From NCBI GenBank assembly GCA_963784065.1, contig CAWAQA010000008.1, positions 127,618 to 191,617 of the forward strand: DNA of 64,000 nucleotides, in the 5' to 3' direction. Shown here piece by piece: positions 58,498 through 64,000 of the stretch; position 1 is the first letter of the stretch; each line of letters opens with the position of its first letter. The translations under genes and the position numbers were made by a program. A model generated the notes under the pieces. That model searched no databases. It saw only the letters and a list, made by a program, of their open reading frames with translations, and was not told the DNA's origin. This DNA comes from an uncultured Acidobacteriota bacterium (GTDB lineage Bacteria; Acidobacteriota; Vicinamibacteria; Vicinamibacterales; UBA2999).

Positions 58498-58748
58498 ATC
58501 CTGACAGGCACGTCATGCAGCGCTGGACGCGCTGGCATTCCGACGACTGGACGCTGGTCGTGGTCGAGACGGACAAGGGCGAGTTCTTCTACAACGCCTC
58601 ACAGGGCAATCTCGAGGATCCGCCGCGGCCGGCGGCGAGCAAGACTGACGCCCAGCATCGTGCAGAGGACGTGGTCCGCAACAGCGGCCATCGATGCGTG
58701 GCCCGGTGCAGCTTCTGGGTGCCGGACACGCCCGAAGACCTCGACTGA
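58494..58748 (+). CDS. Small hypothetical protein (84 aa, H-x-C-x3-C-x2-W)
   Basis: ATGA-coupled to the CotH gene; protein-like sequence. Confidence 0.6.
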   Translation: MNPDRHVMQRWTRWHSDDWTLVVVETDKGEFFYNASQGNLEDPPRPAASKTDAQHRAEDVVRNSGHRCVARCSFWVPDTPEDLD

Positions 58749-58848
58749 CGGGTCGCGCTTCCCTCCCGTGGCGTCCGGCTCGAGCCGGAAGAGCGGAGAC
58801 CGCGGCACGGGTGGTAGCATGTGGCCCTCCGTCCGGGAGGGAGGACTC

Positions 58849-59649
58849 ATGATCAGTGTCAGCGCGCGTCGTATCACCCTGGCGTTCGTGTTCGCGGCTG
58901 CCCTCGCCACGATGGCAGCGGCGCAGCAAACCGCACCGTTCGAGCCGACCGTCGGCCAGGAAGGCAAGGACGTTGTCTGGGTGCCGACGCCGCCCGAGCT
59001 GGTCGAGAAGATGCTCGATGTCGCGAAGGTGACGCCGCAGGACTACGTCATGGACCTTGGGTCCGGAGACGGGCGGAATGTCATCGCCGCAGCCAAGCGA
59101 GGCGCGACGGCGCTCGGCGTCGAATACAACCCCGACATGGTAGAGCTGTCGAAGCGGAACGCGGCGGCCGCCGGCGTTTCGGGCAAAGCGACGTTCGTCC
59201 AGGGCGACATGTACGAGGCGGACATCGCGAAGGCGAACGTGATGGCGCTGTTCCTCCTGCCCAGCAACATGAACCGGCTCCAGCCGAAGTTCTTCAACCT
59301 CGCGCCGGGCAGCCGCATCGTGTCGAACACGTTCGGCATGGAGGGCTGGACGGCCGACCAGACCGAGACGCGGCCCGATTGCAGCGCGTGGTGCACGGTG
59401 CTGCTGTGGATCGTCCCGGCGAAGGTCGAAGGCACATGGCAGACGCCGCAGGGACCCCTGACGCTGAAACAGGACTTCCAGATGCTGTCCGGCACCCTCG
59501 GCACCACGCCGATCACGGAGGGCCGGCTGCGTGGCGAGGAGATCTCGTTCAAGGCCGGGAGCGCCACGTACACCGGGCGCGTGAAGGGCAGCGCGATGGA
59601 AGGCACCGTCAGCGGCGGCGCTACCTGGACCGCACGCCGCGCCTCCTGA
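58849..59649 (+). CDS. Class I SAM methyltransferase with signal peptide and C-terminal beta domain
   Basis: GGAGG RBS, AAA-Q cleavage site, DVVWVPTP, DLGSGDGR, PGSRIVS. Confidence 0.9.
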   Translation: MISVSARRITLAFVFAAALATMAAAQQTAPFEPTVGQEGKDVVWVPTPPELVEKMLDVAKVTPQDYVMDLGSGDGRNVIAAAKRGATALGVEYNPDMVELSKRNAAAAGVSGKATFVQGDMYEADIAKANVMALFLLPSNMNRLQPKFFNLAPGSRIVSNTFGMEGWTADQTETRPDCSAWCTVLLWIVPAKVEGTWQTPQGPLTLKQDFQMLSGTLGTTPITEGRLRGEEISFKAGSATYTGRVKGSAMEGTVSGGATWTARRAS

Positions 59650-59717
59650 ATCGAGCGGGCAGCCGGCAGCGAACCTGCCCGCTGCCCACTGCCACTATCA
59701 GCGCTATACTCCGCGCC

Positions 59718-60521
59718 ATGATGAAACAGATGCTCCGCACCGCGTTCGTGTTGTGTCTCGTCGCGCCGTGGGGGGTGGCCTCCGCCGGCGCGCAGCTCGT
59801 CGCGCCCGGCGAGTCCGGCATCGCCATGGGGCACGTGCACCTGACCGTCCGTGACGTGGAGGCCAACCGCAAGTTCTGGACCGCGCTGGGCGGCATCCCC
59901 GTCCAGAACGGTCAGCTGCAGCTGATCCAGTTTCCGGGCGTGTTCGTCATGCTTCGGCAGGGTGAGCCGTCCGGCGGCAGCGTCGGCAGCGTGATCAACC
60001 ACTTCGGCTTCAACGTGAAGAACATGAAGGAGTCGAAGGCGCGGTGGCAGGCCGCGGGGATCAAGGTCGACCCGGGCAACCGTGACGAACAAGCCTGGAT
60101 CATGACCCCCGACAACGCTCGCGTCGAGATCCTCGAGGACACGGCGATCGCGGCGCCCATGGTGATGCACCACGTGCACTGGAACACGACCGCGATTCCC
60201 GAGATGAAGGCGTGGTACGTGAAGACCTTCGGCGCCGTTCCCGGCAAGCGTGGGAACTTCGAGGCGGCGGATCTCCCCGGCGTCAACCTGACGTTCGCCG
60301 GCACCGAAACCCCGGTGGTCGGCACGCGCGGCCGCGCCTTCGATCATGTCGGGTTCGAGGTGCGTAACCTGGAGGCCTTCACGAAGAAGCTGGAGGCGGC
60401 GGGCGTGAAGTTCGATCGCGCGTATGGCAAGCTGCCGAACTCGAATACGGCGATCGCCTTCTTCACCGATCCGTGGGGCACCTACATCGAGCTGACCGAG
60501 AACCTCGCGCCCGCACGCTAG
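59718..60521 (+). CDS. Exported two-domain VOC/glyoxalase family protein
   Basis: Signal peptide AGA-Q; GHVHL, NHFGF, HHVH, DHVGF, DPWGTYIEL. Confidence 0.9.
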   Translation: MMKQMLRTAFVLCLVAPWGVASAGAQLVAPGESGIAMGHVHLTVRDVEANRKFWTALGGIPVQNGQLQLIQFPGVFVMLRQGEPSGGSVGSVINHFGFNVKNMKESKARWQAAGIKVDPGNRDEQAWIMTPDNARVEILEDTAIAAPMVMHHVHWNTTAIPEMKAWYVKTFGAVPGKRGNFEAADLPGVNLTFAGTETPVVGTRGRAFDHVGFEVRNLEAFTKKLEAAGVKFDRAYGKLPNSNTAIAFFTDPWGTYIELTENLAPAR

Positions 60522-60526
60522 GCGTC

Positions 60527-60585
60527 GCAGGGGCCGGCTTCAGCCGGCCCGAGGCCGAAAGGGCCGGCTGAAGCCGGCCCCCTGC
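60527..60585. repeat. Inverted REP doublet (REPIN/BIME-like) between convergent genes
   Basis: GCAG-GGGCCGGCTTCAGCCGGCCC ... GGGCCGGCTGAAGCCGGCCCC-CTGC. Confidence 0.8.
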
Positions 60586-60593
60586 ATCGGAAC

Positions 60594-60851
60594 TCACTCC
60601 GCTCGCGCCCGGCTCTGCAGGAACGCCATGCTTCCCGCGCTGCTGCCGAAAACCAGCCGCGCTTCCTCCCACAATCCGGGCGCCTCCTCGTGCGGGCACG
60701 GGCTCGTGCACGCGGCGCTCGGCGCGTCGGCGCGGAGCCGCCGCTCGTGGTTGACCATCGCGTCATGCCATCCGGCCAAACGGTCGGCGAGCTCGCGCGC
60801 TTCGTGTGTCCCCACCTGGCAGGCGAGGGTCTTGTAGAATTGATGTGGCAC
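60594..60851 (-). CDS. Small Cys/His protein (85 aa)
   Basis: AAGGAG RBS before GTG; LAC...WHDAMVNHE...CTSPCPHEE. Confidence 0.7.
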   Translation of the reverse strand: MPHQFYKTLACQVGTHEARELADRLAGWHDAMVNHERRLRADAPSAACTSPCPHEEAPGLWEEARLVFGSSAGSMAFLQSRARAE

Positions 60852-60958
60852 TCTGGCTCCTTGACGCGACCCCGACGCGCGTCGAATCCTGAAGAGCGGA
60901 ACGAATAAGGGGAGATGAAAACGGGACCCGCTCGGCCGTGATGCGGCCGGGCGCCGGA

Positions 60959-61042
60959 TCAGAACCGAGACTGGATCGGGAAGATGCGCAACTCCCATGT
61001 CGGGAGTCTGCGCGGCGGCCAAGCCATAAACGCGACTGCCAT
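60959..61042 (-). CDS. Candidate leader peptide (27 aa) MAVAFMAWPPRRLPTWELRIFPIQSRF
   Basis: Starts 10 nt after a near-consensus -10; followed by a GC hairpin and T4. Confidence 0.35.
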   Translation of the reverse strand: MAVAFMAWPPRRLPTWELRIFPIQSRF

Positions 61043-61052
61043 CGGTTCCCCG

Positions 61053-61081
61053 ATTAGACGAGAACTCCGCGCGGCTGTCAA
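61053..61081 (-). promoter_or_regulatory. Sigma70 promoter
   Basis: TTGACA-N17-TCTAAT. Confidence 0.7.
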
Positions 61082-61120
61082 TCCTGTCGTGCCGCCACCT
61101 CGAGCCCGCTGAGGTCCGCC

Positions 61121-61577
61121 CTATTGCACGTCGAGCAGCTCCACGTCGAAGACGAGCGTGGCATTCGGCGGAATCGATCCGCTCCCTGTCGCTCCGTAGG
61201 CCAGTTCGGGTGGAATCACCAGGCGCCGCTGCCCGCCGGCCCGCATGCCGACGAGGCCTTGATCCCAGCCGCGAATCACGCTCCCCGGCCCCAAGCCGGA
61301 ACGCGAACGGCTGGCGCCCGATTGACGAATCGAAGAGCCGTCCCTTGCTCTCAGCCTGCGCCGGATCGTAGAGCCATCCGCTGTAGTTGACCAACAGCGC
61401 CCGGCCGCCGACCGCCTCGGTCCCGGCTCCCACGCGCAGATCGGTTTGCGAGAACGGCGCGCTCGGCTGCGGTGTCGAGGGCGCGGTCGGCGACGAGTCA
61501 TCGCCGCCGCCGCACGCGGCGGCCAGCAAGGCGGTGAGGAGAACGAGGGCGATAGACGTTTTCGAAACGAGTGTCAT
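61121..61577 (-). CDS. FKBP-type peptidyl-prolyl isomerase lipoprotein, frameshift near 61290
   Basis: Lipobox [46 protein letters not shown]. Confidence 0.92.
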
Positions 61578-61781
61578 GACAGACCAGTCTACCCGTCTAC
61601 CCGGGAAAAGCGAGCAGGCCAGGTGTTGACCCCGCCGCCCGCATGGCCTGGCTTCCAGCACGCGTCCAGACGCGGCAACGTGGCCAGTCGGTCGCGCGGA
61701 TCACAACTCATCGTCAACGACGATCCGTACACGGCGCCTCGTGCCGCGCGAATGCGGCCGCGCCGCATATGCGCGACCCTC

Positions 61782-61797
61782 AGGCACGAGCCTTGCC
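61782..61797 (+). promoter_or_regulatory. Sigma54 promoter
   Basis: AGGCACGAGCCTTGCC = GG-N10-GC; palindrome ATGCGG-N5-CCGCAT just upstream. Confidence 0.65.
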
Positions 61798-61815
61798 TCA
61801 ACGTTACAGGAACCC

Positions 61816-62217
61816 ATGACAGAGCCCCCCAAAGTGCTGATCGTGGATGACGACGCATCCATCCGCGGCCTTCTCGCGGAAGTAGTGAGACGAGAAGGTC
61901 GCACGCCTGTGCTCGCGGCCTCCGGCCTCGAAGGCTACGCCTCCCTGGCCGCCTTCGGGTCCAGGATTTCACTGGTGCTTCTCGACCTGTCAATGCCGGA
62001 AATGGACGGGTTCGCGTTTCGCGACCTCCAGCTGGAGGATCCGGATCTGGCCGAGATTCCCACTGTCGTGCTTACCGGCCATGCGCTCACGGCAGACGAG
62101 CTGTCGTTCATGCGCCCGGCTGCCGTGGTCCTCAAGCCCGCCCCGCTCGCCGAGATCCGCGCGGCCGTTCGGGAATTCGGACAACACCCGACACGCGCCC
62201 GGGTGCAAAAACAGTAG
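61816..62217 (+). CDS. Single-domain response regulator
   Basis: VLIVDDD, LDLSMPEMDG, LTG, KP. Confidence 0.9.
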   Translation: MTEPPKVLIVDDDASIRGLLAEVVRREGRTPVLAASGLEGYASLAAFGSRISLVLLDLSMPEMDGFAFRDLQLEDPDLAEIPTVVLTGHALTADELSFMRPAAVVLKPAPLAEIRAAVREFGQHPTRARVQKQ

Positions 62218-62345
62218 AACGTGGGCAGTTGGCTGTGGCTCCATCACGGCCAGCTGCCGACGGGGCCTGCACTTGCCTCAGGAAGACTCTACCGAACTTA
62301 TCAACTTTACTTTTACTTCTCCCCTTCTCAGTACTCGTCAACTTC

Positions 62346-62383
62346 ACTTCTTCCACTTCTTCCACTTCTTCCACTTCTTCCAC
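62346..62383. repeat. 9-bp tandem repeat (TTCTTCCAC) x4 in a pyrimidine-rich intergenic tract
   Basis: Directly visible in the sequence. Confidence 0.9.
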
Positions 62384-62394
62384 CTAGCGCCCCC

Positions 62395-62805
62395 TCACTC
62401 TATCTCTCGCCTCAGCGCGGCGACGTTCGCCGAATACCACGTTCCCCATTCGGCCATCGGGACCTGCCATTCGAGCTGCCGGGCCGTCAGCGGCTCGCCC
62501 GGACGGAGCTCGCGCAGCGAGTCATGGCGCATGCGCAGGGCGGCGACGAATCGCGACCGGTATTGCTCGGGGAGCTGCGGATGGATCCTCGCCAGTACCG
62601 GGTCGGTGGCGACGGCGGACGCGTCGAGCGCCTCCTTCAGCGCCGCCGATACCTTTTCGACCTCGAGGGGCGAGAGCCTGCTGGCCTCGTCCGCCTTCAC
62701 CACCGACGTGGTGAACGCGTCGATCTGCCGGCGCTCGTCTGACGACCACTTGCCGCATCCGGCGGCGGCGAGGACGAGCACAAGCAGCAGGGCGGGCATT
62801 CGCAT
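62395..62805 (-). CDS. Hypothetical lipoprotein
   Basis: GAGGAG RBS; LLLVLVLAAAGC lipobox. Confidence 0.7.
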   Translation of the reverse strand: MRMPALLLVLVLAAAGCGKWSSDERRQIDAFTTSVVKADEASRLSPLEVEKVSAALKEALDASAVATDPVLARIHPQLPEQYRSRFVAALRMRHDSLRELRPGEPLTARQLEWQVPMAEWGTWYSANVAALRREIE

Positions 62806-63144
62806 CGACACGTCACTCTCCTCAACGCCAGTCTCCGGCTCGAACGCTGGTTGTGGACGAAAACCCCGTGCTCGACCTTGGCCACTCGTAGCCCTGACCA
62901 GGGCCGCCCCACGACTGGATGAACTACCTGTCGGCTGGCCTGCAGTACGGGTGGGCGAATGCCGCATTGGCGCGGGGCGGGTCGAATGCGGCCCCTTTTA
63001 CCATCGGCGATGGTGGCCGGGCGGTGGACCGCACCCCTCCAACCGCCAGGACTCTCCTCGTCATGTGCCACTCGTTCGCGGGTCCGGCCCGGCGGCCGGC
63101 CGGAAATGGAAATTACGGGAAGATTGTGCCCGGCAGGCCGCCGT

Positions 63145-63171
63145 TGAAGTTCGTGGCAGTCCTGCCGATAA
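63145..63171 (+). promoter_or_regulatory. Sigma28-like promoter
   Basis: TGAA-N15-GCCGATAA (perfect FliA-type -10). Confidence 0.55.
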
Positions 63172-63179
63172 GAAGGCCG

Positions 63180-63320
63180 ATGGAACTGCTGGCCCTGGTT
63201 GTCGTGTTCGCCATTTCGTGCGCCCTGGCCGTCGCTGCGGGCCACGGCGTCCTCCGCCTGATCTTCCGCGCGATGACCCAGCTTCAGCCGGCTGCCAGCG
63301 GCACCAACCCGGCGTCGTAG
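63180..63320 (+). CDS. Small membrane protein (46 aa)
   Basis: MELLALVVVFAISCALAVAAGHGVLRLIFRAM...; starts 8 nt after the sigma28-like -10. Confidence 0.5.
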   Translation: MELLALVVVFAISCALAVAAGHGVLRLIFRAMTQLQPAASGTNPAS

Positions 63321-63323
63321 CGG

Positions 63324-64000
63324 TTACTTCCGCTTTTCGCCTCTCACTCCGGGGTACATGACCCGGCCGCCCGCGCCTTCCCTCGTCGCGAACCGCTCAC
63401 CCTCGTAGCACGCTTCTTCCAGCAACTCGAAGTTCGGATTCTTCTCGCGCGTGAGATACATGGCCATCGTCCACGGCTTCGTGTACACGTTCGGATCGTC
63501 GATGCGTCGCACCATACAGCAGGGTGTCTGCGTCAACGAGCGTCCACCGTTCCGTGACGCGCACGGCGTCGGTCGCAAAATTGCCGGTCACATCCAGCCA
63601 CGACTTGCCGTTGTGGTTCGTCACGTCCACCACGAGCGTGTTCCCGTCCCAGCGGCCGCGCGAGTCTCCCATCCACAACTGGATGCCCTCGCCAAGGTGG
63701 GGCCGGCCGTCCAGGTAGATCATTCGGGTGGTGTGTGCTTCCTCGCTGAGCATGACGATGGAGTCGCGGGTCTGGATGATCTCGTTGATCGGCGACACGT
63801 GGAACGTGCGCGGCACTCCGGGCATCAGGCACAACGCGTTGGCGTCGAAATACTTGTCGAAGTTCGCGTCGCGGACGCGGGCGGCGGCCGGGAGATACGG
63901 AATCAAGCCGTCTGCCGTATCGACGATCCGCGTCTTCTGCGCCCGGTAGAACGTGTCGCCGGCGAACTCCTCGACGGAGATGTTCATGCCTGTCCGCCGC
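63324..64000 (-). CDS. Conserved hypothetical protein, 5' end outside the window, frameshift near 63515
   Basis: [52 protein letters not shown]. Confidence 0.8.

Noticed and set aside
62132..62383. ORF with (VEE)n repeat, and the 426-aa HFF-repeat ORF on the opposite strand
   Set aside because: These are translations of the 9-bp tandem repeat; they overlap real genes and the remainder is not protein-like.

Overview
This is a high-GC (roughly 68-70% by eye) bacterial chromosome segment. It is most consistent with Acidobacteriota subdivision 6 (Vicinamibacterales-like); this is an inference from the acidobacterial VWA protein, the repeat types and the small hypothetical families. More than 25 genes, including housekeeping ones (trxB, trxA, mnmA, cysteine desulfurase, zwf), carry single-base indels. 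This points to an unpolished long-read assembly, so CDS coordinates span the reconstructed genes and several long ORF-track 'fusions' are artefacts. Content in order: a surface-glycan cluster (MsbA-like ABC, GT2/GT4s, galE, ugd, WcaJ-like, UDP-GlcA decarboxylase); pgsA-like/TPR-SLH/hflX/MFS/glpX/acyl-CoA dehydrogenase; bactofilin-MTase-like-SAM hydrolase; desulfurase-mnmA; glgA-trxA-trxB; fdhE; an S11 peptidase; an orphan SPPY DNA methyltransferase; a pentose-phosphate operon; hemE-hemY; arginase; then an accessory region at about 49-64 kb. Best candidates for uncharacterised systems: (1) a sigma54-driven, apparently exported atypical kinase convergently overlapping a lipoprotein metallophosphoesterase, with an exported CotH kinase nearby; (2) a coupled Zn-metallopeptidase/ATP-grasp ligase pair divergent from pepF; (3) a 27-aa uORF/attenuator-like leader before a small Cys/His protein; (4) a three-way-junction/pseudoknot RNA candidate before glgA; (5) a PD-(D/E)xK-like protein with a histone-H1-like tail. 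Leaderless promoters and sigma54/sigma28-type promoters are widespread. I found no rRNA, tRNA, CRISPR array or transposase.
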